Below, in pieces: positions 1 through 13,994 of a DNA stretch of 64,000 nucleotides. The DNA comes from Amoebophrya sp. A120 (Eukaryota > Protista > Dinoflagellata), in contig CAJINV010000015.1 in assembly GCA_905178155.1 (NCBI GenBank), positions 1,477,400 to 1,541,399 of the forward strand, read 5' to 3'. The translations under genes and the position numbers were made by a program. Below the pieces are notes generated by a model that worked only from the letters and a program-made list of their open reading frames with translations, made no database searches and was not told the DNA's origin. Every line of letters begins with the position of its first letter. Positions within the stretch are counted from its first letter, which is position 1.

Positions 1-2
1 TA

Positions 3-3000
3 GTGGAAAACGAAAACAAGAGAACCGACGAAGTTGTAGAGGTTGAAGCTTCTGCTCGCCTAGATCCGAGCTCCGCAAAAATCGCAGAGAACAAACCACA
101 GCAGGTCGAACAAGAACGAAGAGCGCTGCGTGAAGAGGTTCTTGCCCAGAACAAGCAGGAAAACAACGGTCCTGCGGAACAAGTTGACTCGGCAGCATCT
201 GCGAACAAAAAACACGCGGCCGCGCAGTTCCAACAGAGCAGTCCTGTAACGGTATTAACTCCTCCGCATTTGTCCGTGGCAGAAGTAGGAGTCGCGAAGG
301 CTACAACACAACAGACCAACGTTGAGGAAAGCGGCGGCCCATCCGACGTCGAGGATGATGATGCAGCGCAGAAGAAAAAGGCAGCTGCTCAGGAGGCCGC
401 TCACGAGAATTCCCAACAGATCGTTGGCTCAGCAAAAAAAGCGACCGAGCAATCTTCAGCACCGGTCGAACAGCCTTCGCTGGCAAACGCGACGGATGTT
501 GAGGATGACCACGTAGACGAGGAACAGAACACGAGGGAGGCACCAGAACATGATGACGCGAGCCGTCCTTTTGCTTCCGAGGATAATTCAAGCGAGAATC
601 AGAGTCTCACCTCTTCCGAGCGAAGTGAGCACGACGAGGACAAGAAAGATGATGATGAAGAAGTAGATAATGATAATCTGGACCGCGGCGCATATAAGGA
701 TAAGACCAGCATTCTGAAGAAACCGGAAAATGATCAGCGTGCTGCAGAGGGGCATGATCAAGGTGAACAGCAGAACGATCGGAGAAGCGGGTCGCCTTTC
801 CCAAGGAGGGACAGGGCCAACAACGACGACGCCGAGTCCGCTTCCGATGTTGAGGCTCCTCCGAAAAATCGGGGCGGCGAGACTAGCGAGGACGGCCACA
901 ACTCGCACTCGGACCGCGATGAGAATATGAACAAGAGGAGACATTCGGCAGCCCACTTTTCTCCGTTTGATGCGAAAAAGAACACCGGAGAGAAAGAAAT
1001 CTTGGCGACCGGCGGTTGCGAAAAAGCCGTGGCGGACGAGAAAAGTCCAGGTTTTTTTGTTTCTTATGTTTTTCTGGTCGGTTCAATCATAAGCGAGGGC
1101 GTTGCCCGTTTTCAACATTTTAGGAGAGTTTTTGTTTCACGCACTGTGCAGCTATAAGCCACCCCGATCAACATGTGGTCGTCCAGGAATTGTGGAAGTT
1201 TCTTTCGGCCAAATTATTCGTTCCAAATCCGCCACTAAAATCCAAAATAAACCTGCACAGCAGAGATAGAGCACGGCTCTTCTCCGTTGGAGAAAGAAGC
1301 CGCGCCGGAAGCTGCAGCAGACGAAACACCAGCAGAAAGAGAAGCTCCAGCGGAAGTAGATCTTCAGGAAGAGCCCGCACCCTCAGGGACGATTTCTTCA
1401 CAGCCACCACCTGCGTCGACTTCAGCGGCTCCTCGCGACGCAGAGAAAAGATCGCGAAGCGATTCTTGCTTGTCTTCCTCTCGCTCCTCGCCAGGATCTG
1501 CCAGAAGCTCTTCTCGTAGTTCTCGCTCTTCCGATATGAATGTGCACAACTCCCCCTCCCCCTCATTTGTCATGCAAAATGCCCAATCCAGGCCGTGCCT
1601 CCTAGCACTGTTCGCATGACAAGATCTGGCAGCCCAAATAGCAATCCCGTGCAAATGTGTCATGCAAAACCTGCATTCTGGTTGGCGCTTGTATTGCCAT
1701 TCATGCTACACAAATGAGGGGGAGGAGGGGTTGTGCACTGTCATATCCCAAAACCGGCACGCTTCCCGTAGGAGTTCATCTCGAGTTTGTTCTAACAAGC
1801 GCAGCTGCACGGATTCCAATTCATCTTCGCGTAACAAAAGTGCGGCGCCAGAAATACAAGGAACAAGCAGCGAGCAAGCGCCTTCCGCTGGTCCTCGGCG
1901 GACTAGTAGCGGGAAGAGCGTGCGACTACACTCTCCTTCTTGTCGCAAGAGAAGTATCCAACGGCCGCAGGAGGGAAAAAATAACAAACAGCCCCCGTTG
2001 TTCAGTCGTTCTTCTCGGCGAAGTTCTGCTCCTTCCAAGCGTCCCGCCCCGCGCCGAAGCATAGTAAAAGTCTCCCGCTGGTCCTGCGCCAATCGTGAGA
2101 GCAAAGAGGTGGCAGCAGCTGCTGCTGCAGAGTCATCTTCTCGAAAGAAGGTTTTCCATAATCCCGAACAACCAAGAAAACCGTCGAGGAAGCGGCGGGC
2201 AGTTTCTTCTGACAGGAGCGCTTCGTCTTCAAAGCAGCTGAAGAAACCGAGACTTGAAAGGCCCTCGCCACGGACAAAAACCGGCAGCTGCTACACGTCG
2301 ACCGGGCCTCAGGAGCATACTAAAAATGTCACCCTCCGACGAGAACCGTCCAAAGCCAGGTACTGGAGCGACGTCCTGGCGGTACGCGACGTAAAGATGT
2401 CTGGGGCTGGAAAGATGCAAGATTGTCATGCTTGGCTACCATGACTCTCCAGTCTGTCATGCACGTTATCCAATAAACGCCCCACTTTATAATTTCTGTC
2501 ATGCAGAAGCTCGCTTTGTCATATCGAAGCCGAATAGACAACACTGCAGCAGCACCTCCAAGATGAAAACTTCTCATGCTGGGCAGTCAATTCAACTGAA
2601 CCGACGCATCCTTGTCTACTTTCTCAAACAGCATCACAAGTTTCCAGACCCAGACATGTTTGCATTTGATAGGCGGAGCGGCAACGGGGGAGTAACAATG
2701 CAGCTGCCGCGCCTGCACCCGCTTCCTCCTCGTGTGCCGGCCTCCTGGTGGAGGAGGGGGGCCGGTACTATCTGCCTCCGGAGAGGGCAGATAGTAGCAA
2801 GAACGTTGCCGCCCGACATTCTGAGGAAAATAACGCTTCGCGCGAACTGCAGAAAGTCCAAGCCGCTCCTCCTCCGCAGCAGGAGCAGAAAGGAAAAAAC
2901 GCGCCGCAACAGGGGCAGGAGCAACCTGATCCGCGAGGGCCGCTGCTACCTGTACCCGCCATACCAAGTGCAAATATGTCCGGGTCTGGAAAGTTGGAAC

Positions 3001-4288
3001 CTGTAATGCTGGTTTTGCATCGCTGCGGGACCTGTGTTGCATGGCCAACAAAAGTGGCAGCCTCTCCTGCCATACAAGAACGGAGTTTCTCATGCGGGGT
3101 GCGTATGAAGAGAAAGCGTTGCGCAAACTTGTCATGCTTTCCTGCGTAAGGAAGTGCTTTCATCATGCATATTTTAGCATCACAAATTACCAGACCCAGA
3201 CATGTTTGCATTTGATACGCCATGCGCCAGAACAACTTGCCAGCGGTGAGGAAGATGAAGATCTCGCGTCCGCGGACAGTCAAACCCAGCAGCCCGCGCC
3301 AGTATCCGAGGCGGAGCGGCTCGGGAGATCCGGAAAGAAAATCGCGGAAAGGCAGTTTGGCTTCTTCGCGGGCCTCCAGTTCGGAGAGCGGTCCTGGCTA
3401 TCTGGAGGGACTCCGGCTTGCGTTCATGATGAAGAACAAGTCCGCTGGCCCTATTACGAAGGTGGAAGGCGACCAAGGACGAGGGCAGCAGCGCGGGGCA
3501 GGAGCGGCAAACTTCTACAACTCCTGGGCTCAGCGAAGGAGCCCGGCACGGCCAGCGTTGCTGCTATGCATTGCAAAAGTATCGTACTAGTACGACTTGC
3601 ATTTTTACAAATTTTTTCCGCATTAGAAATGGAGTTTGTAATGCTGATTGACCTATAGGAAAAAGATTTGTAATGCGTAACTGCAAAAATTACTACGAGT
3701 GCGATACTTTTGCAGGTCATAGCCGCGAGAGAGAAGCAAAGTACGAACTGAGCAGCACCTATGGATCTGTCAGGATTGAAATGGTCAAAGTTGAAATGAT
3801 TTCTCATGCATAAAATGCAAGGCATAAAGGGCCTGTCTTGCCGGGATGGCAAGTGAGGCAGATTGTGAGCCTATTTAGGGTTTGGGATAGAGCTGCTAAA
3901 GGAGCATGATAAAAGCAGTCGTCTGTGCCCAAACAGCATGACAAATTAGATTCATTCTGGTGCTCCGAAAATTTGTCTTGCGCCGCTTGGAAATTGGGTT
4001 TCCAACTGGTATCCATTTTATGCATGACAAATCATTTCAACTTTGTCGATTTCAAACCTGAGACTCCCATAGCACCGTAGCGCAGACCAGAAAAGGCCAC
4101 GTGAGAGGACCGCCGAGAAGAACAGGTCTCGGGATAAAGAAGAACTGAAGCGGAAACGGAAACGAGAGAAGAAAAGCTGGGGGAAAAGTAGGCGGCGCCG
4201 GGGCCGTAGCTGTTCGCGCTCGCCTTTACCACCGCCGCGTTATTTCCGGGGGCAGAGCAAGACCAAGAGCAAGTCCAAGATGAGATGA
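3..4288 (+). CDS. 5'-partial multi-exon gene encoding an acidic then Ser/Arg/Lys-rich low-complexity protein
   Basis: ORF 3..1050, GT-AG intron 1051-1260, then five introners (1535, 2383, 2962, 3565, 3760). Removing each with 5 nt gives a continuous frame ending ...SKSKMR* (TGA 4286-4288). Confidence 0.7.
1535..1745. mobile_element. Introner intron, family E (TIR TATGA..GTGCACAAC..CCCCTC)
   Basis: ~35-bp imperfect TIR; DR TCCGA/TCCCA; removing 216 nt keeps frame. Confidence 0.85.
2383..2671. mobile_element. Introner intron, family A (TIR TATCAAATGYAAAWATGTCTGGGTCTGGAA)
   Basis: DR GGCGG/GGCGG; joins DVLA|ERQRG in frame. Confidence 0.9.
2962..3217. mobile_element. Introner intron, family A
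   Basis: DR CGCCA/CGCCA; TIRs present. Confidence 0.9.
3565..3721. mobile_element. Introner intron, family B (TIR TATGMAYTGCAAAAGTATCG)
   Basis: DR GCTGC/GCCGC; frame restored. Confidence 0.85.
3760..4071. mobile_element. Introner intron, singleton family (TIR TATGG..TCAGG.TTGAAAT..CAAAGTTGAAATGATT)
   Basis: DR GCACC/GCACC; removal opens the last exon. Confidence 0.85.
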
Positions 4289-4659
4289 CGGGGGTAAAAA
4301 ACGAAAGTTGAAGCTTCTCGCTGTAGAAACGAAGAATAAGAAATATTAAAAACTGAAGCTCAGAAAGAAAAGCTCAAAAGTCGTCGACCCTGCTGAAGTG
4401 CTGTTATATATCCTCATGCAGCGTCACTTCTTTACCACTGGTACTCCTCAATTTAGAATGACAGCAAATATAAAAAGACTTCTAAATCTATAAACGATCT
4501 GAAGTTGTCTATGTGATATTTCGCTGCGTTATTTTTGTGATTTGTATTTCAAAGAAAGACTTCTAAATCAAAATCAGAGCCGTGCCCTGTACTAGAAGTT
4601 AAGAAATCTCGTATCTACACGAGTTTTGCTTTGTTTTTGTTTACCGGACGGAGCAAAAA

Positions 4660-6148
4660 AATGAAAATCAGTTTCAACCTGAAAGCCAACCAGCAAAGAT
4701 TCAATCATTTTTACGCGTCGTGTCACGGTTGATGTCTTTCTTCTTGAACATTTTTCAGAACTTTGTTTTACACGGCGAGCCTGGAGGCGCGATTAATAGC
4801 GTTTGAAGAAGAGGCGGAGGGCGATAACGTAATACTTGGCTTGCTTACCTCCGAGAAAAAAAATTGGACGCGGTAGTATGTATGTAAACGTACCATCAGC
4901 CTATTGTGGTTTTTTCGACTTTGTTGCTTGTTCTGAGAAAAACACTAATATTACTTTTTCTGCAGATGCGGCCCCGTCGCGTAAATTATGATTTTTGCGA
5001 AGAAAATCGGAAAGTAGAGGTACGTAATAACAACTTTTTTTGCTCACTAACGCGGCGACATGGTACATAAATTCAACACTACATGAGAGTTGCAGGAGGA
5101 CGCACTTCGTCGGCCCAAAGTCAAGTGTGCAGCGCATGACGAGAAGGTGGTGGGTTTTTTTTTGTGGCCTGCACTCGAAGATATTGATATTCATATTAGG
5201 GCAGTGGATATAAAAATTACAACATCTTCACTTGTGGATCGACTCGAATCATTTTTACCATGTAATTCAGATTCTGGTTACAGTTTTAGTTTATCTTGCG
5301 GCATTTTGGTTTTGCTTTTGCCTCACCAACAAGGTACGACCATTCACAATTACAGTGAATCTATGAAAAGACAAAGAGCAGTGGTCAACCGCCCCGAACG
5401 GAAATCGCTCTCGTGGAAGGCATGCAAATAAAACCAAGGGGTACACCGTTTCTTGCTATCGGAAAATTATTTCGTTGCAATTTTTATATCAGCCTCAGCC
5501 CCGTATGAGAAGGTTTCTTTATCTTTTCCTTTTCTTTGTCAGCATTACTCATTTCTATTTACAGCTTAGATCATGAAAGCCACAAAAGACTTTCTTGTTG
5601 TGTAGTTCCCGCCAGAAGAACTACAGTAGGCAGCATTCCATTGAAATATATTCGAAGATGAATGCCGTTGCAACTGTAAGGCTGGCAAGTGGTGTAAAGT
5701 GCGTGGCACTTCTTCCTGGGCGCAGGCAGCAGCCTGAGAACTACTTCTTAGAGCGAAGATTCTTGTCGAGGACATCGTTGCACTAGAGATCATGCAGGAA
5801 TGTTGTTTTCTGTCAGGGCTACTATGCTACTTGTGCCGCTGGACTTACAACTGTGTGAAGATCAGTGTGAGAGGACGAAAAAGAAAGAAATCGGTCGGAA
5901 GCATGAAGTACAAGGGAAATGATCAAAATGATTTGAATCAAAATGATCTGTTCAAGATGAACTCGGTTGATGTGAGAACTGAACGATGGATGTTTTCGGG
6001 CCTCAAAAAATTGATGCCATGCCCAGGCATGGAAAGAAAGAAAGAAAGAACTCGGTTGACAATATTTTCTGCTGGCATAATGGATGATCCAAAAAGGATC
6101 TTCAAAATGTGGATCCAGCATACTTCTCCTCGGCCTCAAACAATGTGA
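4660..6148 (+). CDS. Probable small-exon gene with canonical GT-AG introns; product unknown
   Basis: Repeated GTAA/GTAC...TGCAG/TTCAG boundaries around short coding-like blocks; last block is ORF 5792-6148. Boundaries approximate. Confidence 0.35.
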
Positions 6149-6700
6149 ATGTCTGATGTGCCCTTTGCTCATAAGCATCGCTGATGTCCTTCTATGTTGT
6201 TGCCTCTTCACTTCTACACCAGCTTTTTTCGATTTCTCGAACAGTAAAACAGTACGACTTCAGCCTCGAACAGTACAAAAACGGTCTTCTAGTGACTCTA
6301 GTACACCTTGAGCCTCACTGGACCAACCTCTGCATAGAGAAGTAGGACAACGTGATACATTAAACCCTAGTCTCTGCTCAACAAAGTCAAACTCCCCTTT
6401 GCGCTTTTGCGAATGTACTTATTACACTCACAACACTTGGAGAAAATGAAAATGAAAAACGAAACAACAGTGGAAGTTTTCAAATTGCAAGTTCATGTAT
6501 AAGTATGTGAAGTAGTCCCCCTGCCTGCATAATTGTAAGAACTAAGCGTGCATCTGCATCAACTTTTTCCATCTTTACCACGACAAAATATTTTAAGCAT
6601 TACATCAGACCTGATTTCAATTTATTCCCCTGGAAGTAGTTTTTGTTTAACACATTTGGTTTTACCCGATATAACTTACCAGACCTTTATTATATAAAAG

Positions 6701-9700
6701 ATGCCCGCCGGCGCGGCCAATCCCAATTCGCACAACAATATGTTGTCCAACAACATCAACATGTACACGCCCTTGTTGAGGTGGTTGTTCTTTTCTCTCA
6801 GCACCACTTGGTTCTGGTGCAGCCTACAAACAGGTCGGGCGGCTGCTTCTGGGACACCTCCGGGGTCCTCGTCCTCGGAGCCGGTTCTACTTGCGAAGCA
6901 TTCTTATACGGTGTGGCAGGACGAACGCCTCGGCTTCACGCTTGACGACGCAACAAGCGCCGATGATGCAGCTCCTGCTAGCGCAAGGTTGCAAGTGGGA
7001 GATCCGTCCGCCGAGGCCGCGGCGCGAATGTTGTGGCCAAAGCTACGAGAACAAATCGACGACGCGAATTTGCGAGAAGAAATCGAAGCCGCGTGGGGAC
7101 AGGACCACCACGACGAAGTTGCACATCAACAAGAACTATCAAATGTAAAAATGTCTGGGTCTGGAAGAGTCATGCTGTTTCTGCATGACGCAGAAGGTCT
7201 GGCATGGAAGCTCTAGCATCACAGGTTTCGAGAAGCTTCCGCAATGCCGAATCCGCATGACAAATCCCCCACTTTGGTGACAGAAAGTGAGCAGCTTTTG
7301 CTGCCTATGCATCAGAGATTTTTGTGTGTTCTGAAATGCGCATCACAAGTTACATCCTTCCAGACCCAGACATTTTTGCATTTGATAAGAACATCAGCAG
7401 GAGACCAGAAGAACGTCGACTGTCGGAGGTAGGGGCCTTGTAGAAAAACTGAACTACGCGTTTAGCCGCGGGAACCTCCGCTTGCGCGCGCCGAAAGTCC
7501 GTGACGTGGTACAGGTGCAGGGGCCGACGGGTCCTGTGCACAGGTACAGACGGCCTACAGACGTGGTACAGACTTCCTACAGAGCCGTCGAGTTGGAAGT
7601 GGTGTACCATGCCTCGGAAAGGCAGCAGATAGTGCGCCGGCGGAGATCTACGTCTACTAGCAAGAGTAGAAGTCCCTCAAGAACAAGCCGACGGTCGTCC
7701 TCGTCCTCCTCGGGTAGTGGAAAAAGGAGGGCATCCTCCACCAGCAGAAGCAGGAGCAGTAGCAGAGAAAGAAAGGAAGCAGCAGAACAGAGCAAAGCAG
7801 CCGGAAGTGCTGGTGTGCCACCAACTACGGCACCAGCGCGGCGGCTGCTTGAGGACGCCCTTAGGTCAGTACGACGCCAGCCGCCGGCAAATACAAATGT
7901 ACCTATTCCGCGGCCTTTTGCTGCTCCCACTCCCAGCGCGTCCGCAACGCCGGTACAACAACAGCACCGTTCTGCGGGCTTGGATGCACCACTTCCCGGA
8001 GGGGGCCAGTCTCGTGGCCAGTCTAGCTCTAGTTCCGCACCAGCGGCCCCTAACCCTATGCACTGCAAATATGTCCTCTGGGTCGTCTGGAAGGATGCAA
8101 GGTTTCTTGTCATGCTTGTCTGGCATGACTGAAGAGTTTGTTCTGCGTGTCCACGGAGAGGCCTTTTACCTTTTATTTGTCATGCAAAATCGCAGCTTGT
8201 CATGCGGAAAACGCATCGCTGAGCAGCGCAGATATAATTTCTCATGCTTGGCTGTGCATTATAATTATTCCCAACCCAGCATTTATACAAGTTATTTCCA
8301 GACCCCGACAACATATTTGCGGTTGATAGCCCCTTACCGCACTCCGTTGGCGGCACCAGCTCAGCAAGGAGCTGCACCCGATGGTCACTGGTTTGTTGGA
8401 CACCACCCACCTCCGTCCTCTCCTCCACCAGGCGATAGTCCACCTCCTTCCGAGACCGAGAGCGGCAGGCTTGACGAGATGTTGTACCTAATGAAACGCG
8501 CAGATCCGTTAGTGGAGGGAGATACAAAATTTGGGAAACGGGAAATCGACAATCTGGACCGCAACCTGCAGTTCTTTGGCCTTTCCAAGTCTGACGAGCT
8601 TTTGTCGGCCTCCGAGGAGGACGCTGAAGATGTGTACGCGAAACGGGTGACCGTTATCTCCACGGACGCGTCCGTTCGTGGCATATGCAAGAAAAAAAGT
8701 AAGTATGTTTAGTACAAGTCTGTGATGCACAAATAATGAAGAAAATAATAACTGCAACATCACACGTAGCAGGACACACTTCTCATGGTCATGCCGGGGC
8801 CGCGGACCACCACGAGGTCCCCTTTTGCTCCACGTTCTAGCCATGTTCGACAGGCTTTCTTTGTCAACATCATGCGAAACCAATTTATAATGCTGTCAGC
8901 CCAAGAAGGACAAGAATGTTACAACACTGAAGCTAAACACAGTTTTTTTCTTGGATACGGGAAGAGCAACTATTATGGATATGGCGCCGTGTGGATTCAA
9001 CATCAAGTGCTGCCGCCGGACGTCGCCGGCGCGGCTTCTACAGCGCCGCTGCGGCAAGGGATGGCCGGGGTTTTGCAAATTCCGAATTGGGAAGAACCGC
9101 GCTCCGCTCCTGCGAAGCGAGTTTATCTGACTGACGAGACCACGACCAGCATCGACCAGGGAAGTAGCATGGCGCAGTTTCAGCAATGGGGTGAGTCTAT
9201 GCACAACATTCGCCGAAAATTCAAGTACACGAAGGACAAGGACTGGGACCGGACGAAGGGGTTGATGTTTGCTTTTTCCAACTGGTGCGAACTTTCGGCG
9301 ATTTATAAGGCTCTGGAGCTGGGAAGCGATGAGAATGCGGTCCCGGGTCCGTTAGTTGTGCTCACGGACCAGAGATTTGTGTTGGATGTGCTACAGGCCT
9401 TCATCTTGCCCGAGATTCGGGACGCGATGTACGACATAATCGAGAAAGAGCTACTGGAAGCGCCGCTGCACCCCTATCATAAGGACAAGAAGACGAGGAC
9501 CTTTGCGTACTTGCGGCAATTCTTTCTGCAGCATGACCACGGGTGGAAGCAACAGCTCTTGCGCCTTGACAAGTATAAAAGTACTAGCCTGAATCGTTTT
9601 TTTGACATTATCGTGGGACAGCTCCAAGAAGAGCACCTCAAGCCCGCGCCGCAGTGGCAGCAACGGGACATACAGGGAAGACCCGTCACCCCGTTCCAGG

Positions 9701-11292
9701 TAACCCTGCCAAAGCGCCTCTATTACATCGGCGCACTGATTGCGAAAAGGTTTGTGTTCGGCTTCGAGGCGGAATTCGCTGTAGCAGCTGATGAGGCCGA
9801 CGCGCGCAACGCAGAGAAAATCGGCCTTGCGCACATGACAACCCTGATCTACCAGCAAGGCCATGACTACCGCCCGGCCCAGTCTGTAAAGAAGTCGACC
9901 ATCAAAGAAGCAATCGCCGCTGCTGATTCCGTATCAAGTGCAAAAGTGTCTGGGTCTGGAAGATTCCGAGATTTGTCATGCATATTTCTCATGACCCATA
10001 ATGCCTGTAGTGCATGATCTAGCATCACAGACTTTTAGAGGGCTTCCTGATGCGCCTTCCGCATGAGAAATGCCGTGTCCGCGTAGCACAAACTGGACCC
10101 CTCTTGCTGGTCATGCAATACAAATTTTCCTAGAATCCAAAAACAGCATGACAAGTTGCAATCTTCCAGGCCCAGACATTTTTGCAGTCCATATGCCGCG
10201 TCGGTAATTTTCTCGGACCTGGAGGCACTCGAGGTGCGCGCGCCCCATGGCAATAAAGCACCCGCGGCTGGAAGTAGCTTATGGGCAGCGCCGTACGAAG
10301 ACGCCCGTCATTGGAACTACTTACAACTCCCCCACTCGTCCCTTGGAGCTAGTGCTGTGGAAATGCAAACGGCACCACAAAGGGAGATCCCTCTGAGGTA
10401 CTACCACGGCGACGTGCCGGCTCACGACTGGGCCTTTAGGCTGGAGATGACGGCACAGGGGAGTAATGGGTCGTACCACGGCGATGTTGACGGGAGTCGC
10501 AGGGATAATATCATACCAAAATTGTTCGATGTCCTATTGATCCACAGCGAAGAAAAATCGCAAGGCACGGGAAGCTCCGCGCAAGATGAACAACAAAAAG
10601 TGTTCCAGTACCTGTACCCGCTCGGCGAAAACGTCCTGGAGAGTATGAAGTTGAATCTGAAGGTACAGTGGCAAACAAAATGGGACGACTACAAACAGCG
10701 GTTCCATTGGCTGTCCCGCGACAGCTACAAGCGGTATCATTGGCTGGCACAAAATGGCCCCGCCCTGGTCCTGCGGGACAAAGAAGAAAGCATGGTTGGA
10801 ACGGATAAAGTAAACCAGGTGCTGGAGAAGATAAAGAAGCGTTGGGAGGCCTATCAAGGCCGCTATGTCGACGGGATCGCGGATGAACGGGAATCACGTA
10901 TTTCCAGTAATATGGATGGAGCGCCGGCCACGGACAGTCTCAGTCAACGTTCTCATTCACATACTGAAGAAGAAGAACTTCCCACCGCTCCTCCATCGGG
11001 AGATGTAGTTCCTTATCCTACTTCGATCATTCGCTCTACTCCGCTGCCTGTTGCTGCACCATGGGCCGCTCAAGGAGCTTCTTCTTCTTCTTCGTTCTTA
11101 CCACCAGCGACGCCGCAGGGGCCGGGTGTTGCTTCACTTGCTCCGCCTCATTACACCGGCACGGTCCGGCGCCATCGAGGAGGGGATGCGCCACCTGCTG
11201 TTGCTGAACGGGACCGTCAAGAGCAGCACGAGCAGCGCAAAACCAGGCAGAACAAGATTAATATCCCTACCCTGGATCCCGGAATTCTATAA
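6701..11292 (+). CDS. Multi-exon hypothetical protein with N-terminal hydrophobic (signal-like) segment
   Basis: ORFs 6701, 7482, 7717, 8785 and 10156. Introners 7137, 8057 and 9932 join them in frame; the canonical intron(s) near 8700-8950 are not resolved. Confidence 0.65.
7137..7387. mobile_element. Introner intron, family A
   Basis: DR AGAAC/AGAAC; frame restored. Confidence 0.9.
8057..8328. mobile_element. Introner intron, family A (diverged)
   Basis: DR AACCC/GCCCC; removing 277 nt matches the frame change between flanking ORFs. Confidence 0.85.
9932..10193. mobile_element. Introner intron, family A
   Basis: DR TTCCG/TGCCG; 267 nt removal is in frame. Confidence 0.9.
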
Positions 11293-12239
11293 ACTCTTCT
11301 GTAATAAGTAGTCACTGATTTGCACTATCCCCGAACTAATCACGAACACAATTAGAAGTAGTAGGTGGTGACGTTGCTGTCCTTCCAGTGGCGACAGTAG
11401 ATCGACGAAATTGGATATTAAAACAGACAGCAGAATTATAAACAGTAGTATGTACCACAAAGAAGTACTGTAGTAGACCCGCGCTCCTGGGCGAGGGTGT
11501 TGCAGGCGTCGACACTCCTCTTACCTGAACAAAACGATTTTTACACGACCCTGATAAATTCTGGCGGCTGGTGCAGAGTGGTCGTCAGTTTATCTCTTTA
11601 TTCATTTTTTGAGCAGCATTATTTGGAACAAGAAGTTGTAAAAGTAAAAATGAACGTCAAGCTGCACTTTTATTCACGAGTAAGTCGTCTACTGCAAGCG
11701 CGGGACGACCCAACTCGATGAGAATGTACAAGCACACATGTTTTTTTTAACACACTGCACAGACATAGAACAAGTTGTTTACATAGTAGTAGTCCATGTG
11801 GTCATGGTCATCCAAGCCCCAACATCGAGTAATGTATGATTGACGTGTTATTTTTTGTAGTAGCCCCCCCCGCCATTTGCATTACGTATAGCAGGCTTTT
11901 CATGATCGTCAACGCAGGTGTCCTCCGGCGTGGACATTTTCAAGAGCCCAAGTGTACAGAAGTGTTTTTGAAGAAGGCCTTCATATTGTCAACGTATTTC
12001 CGGGAAGCAAGTGCGTCGAAGACAGATTGCCATGCACATCAAAGCAGATTTGCCCACTGTCATGCCCAGCATCTGTACTATTTACTAGCTTTGCGGAAGA
12101 AGAATTGACCCCTGCTGCATTTATCTGTTTTAGTTTCCCGAGAAAGTTTTTTCGGTGAACACTACTAACTTCTGCGCGCCAAAACAAGCAACAAGGTTTT
12201 AGTTTAAGTGGACGGAGGAGGTTACTTAAGAGTAGACAG

Positions 12240-13215
12240 TCAGAAGCTGTTGACTATGGCGAACAAGTAGATGTCCTCCTCCTTCTGCTAAATAAAAAGA
12301 GTAAAAAGTACTATGGCGTTCTTTTGTTTTCAAAAATGGCAGGATAGTAAATTGAAAGTAGTGATGAACAAGGCTTGTGGGGAACCCCAAAGCAAAAATG
12401 CTTATGCGAGAACTCCTTTCAACGAACTCCTCTCGACGTCGTGGAGTTAGAATCCACAGAGATGGTATTGTTATTCCCGTTGTACTAGTTGTACCCCAAC
12501 ATCATGAAGAAAAAAAGCAGTTGTACATCAAAAACCTGAATCTGCATCAGTAGAGTTGTTCGGAAAGCAAAATAATCTTTGCACGAGTAAAGATTTATTT
12601 GACAGCTGCTGCGGCTGCCCAGAGGAGGGACGTGCAAAAGCAGAAGACTATGAAGATGAATATGTGGTGTTCCGACTATCTAAGAAGGAGCTGCAGCTGT
12701 ACCTTAGGTAGGGCAAAATGCTGTTTCTGGTTCTTCTGACGAGAGAATGACATTGAAGCAGGAGCTAGTTGTCCTGATATTTATAAAAACCTTACGGTAG
12801 TAGAGATTTTTTCAAGCCAGTTTTTTCATCGAAGTCCGACCGGAGGAAATCATTTTTAACAACGCAAAAGGAACTGCAGGAGAACGAGAAGGTAACATGA
12901 AAAGACTGTGAATGTCGGTTTGATTTTACATGCCAAGGTGTAGTTGTCATTTGCATAGTTTTTTTTTTGGCCACGTCCGTTTTGGTCACTCACACTACTC
13001 CATATTTCCGATGAGCCATGAGCCGGAAGGAAGAGGGATATTGGCATATCTTACCTACTCTATGCCGCGCAAAAGTAAAGAACTCTACCAAGAAACATTC
13101 TGTGTTTACTAGTCCAACTAGCTACGCACAATACACTTTGTGTCTGCTGTCCTCAACAGGGCCTGGAAAATGGTGAAAGGCGACAACAAACCCGAAGCAA
13201 CCTCCCGTTTGTAAG
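12240..13215 (+). CDS. Possible small-exon gene with canonical introns
   Basis: AG|coding-like block|GT patterns such as 12606-12708; not fully reconstructed. Confidence 0.25.
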
Positions 13216-13994
13216 TGAGTAGAAAATTTTCTTTAGGAAGGCAAAATGAAGTAGAGTTTAGAATTTCATGATCTCCCCCACCCCAACATACCTTGATAAA
13301 GGCGAACTCTCAGTCTGCTGTACCCTTTCTCTTTCAATACACCCGTAGAAGCTACTTGCACAGTATTGATGGGCCTTATGTTAGTATGGGCAACAAGTTG
13401 TAGCACATCTGACCCTCAGTAGTCACCAACATCACGCCACCTTGTGACCGGACGATCCCAGATAATTGATTTGTGCTGTAAAGCTGCAGCAATTGTAGCA
13501 TTTTTTAGGCAGGAATAGCGTACTAGGTTGAGTCAACCGCTAGAGTCGTGAAAATTGTGTCGTCATCATCTCGACAGTAGCAGTAAGTACAGTGTTTAAT
13601 ACGCACGTGCAGCTCTATTGCCTTTGTCATCTTCAAGAACATTTGCAGCTCGGGCAGCAGCAGGCGGAGAACAACAACCTCTAGAGGCGGAATTCTACAA
13701 CACGACGAGGACGCCCTTGATGAATATCACCAGCGCACTGTGTTGCGGCTCCCCTGAGTGAGCAGTCAGATCAGTCGTCTTCGAAGACTCGGCTTTACTT
13801 GTTTCCGCTTTTCCTCTGGACGACGAAGGAGAAAAGGGACCGAGAAAGACAAGAACGCAACTGAAAATCCAAGATCGCTTGCTCTTCGAGAACATCCTTC
13901 TCTGCTCTCGCCTAGTTGTACCTCGGCCTGCAGAGGAACTTCAAGGACGGAGACAACCTTTACTTTACCCCTGCAAGAGCGCTCCACGACCAAC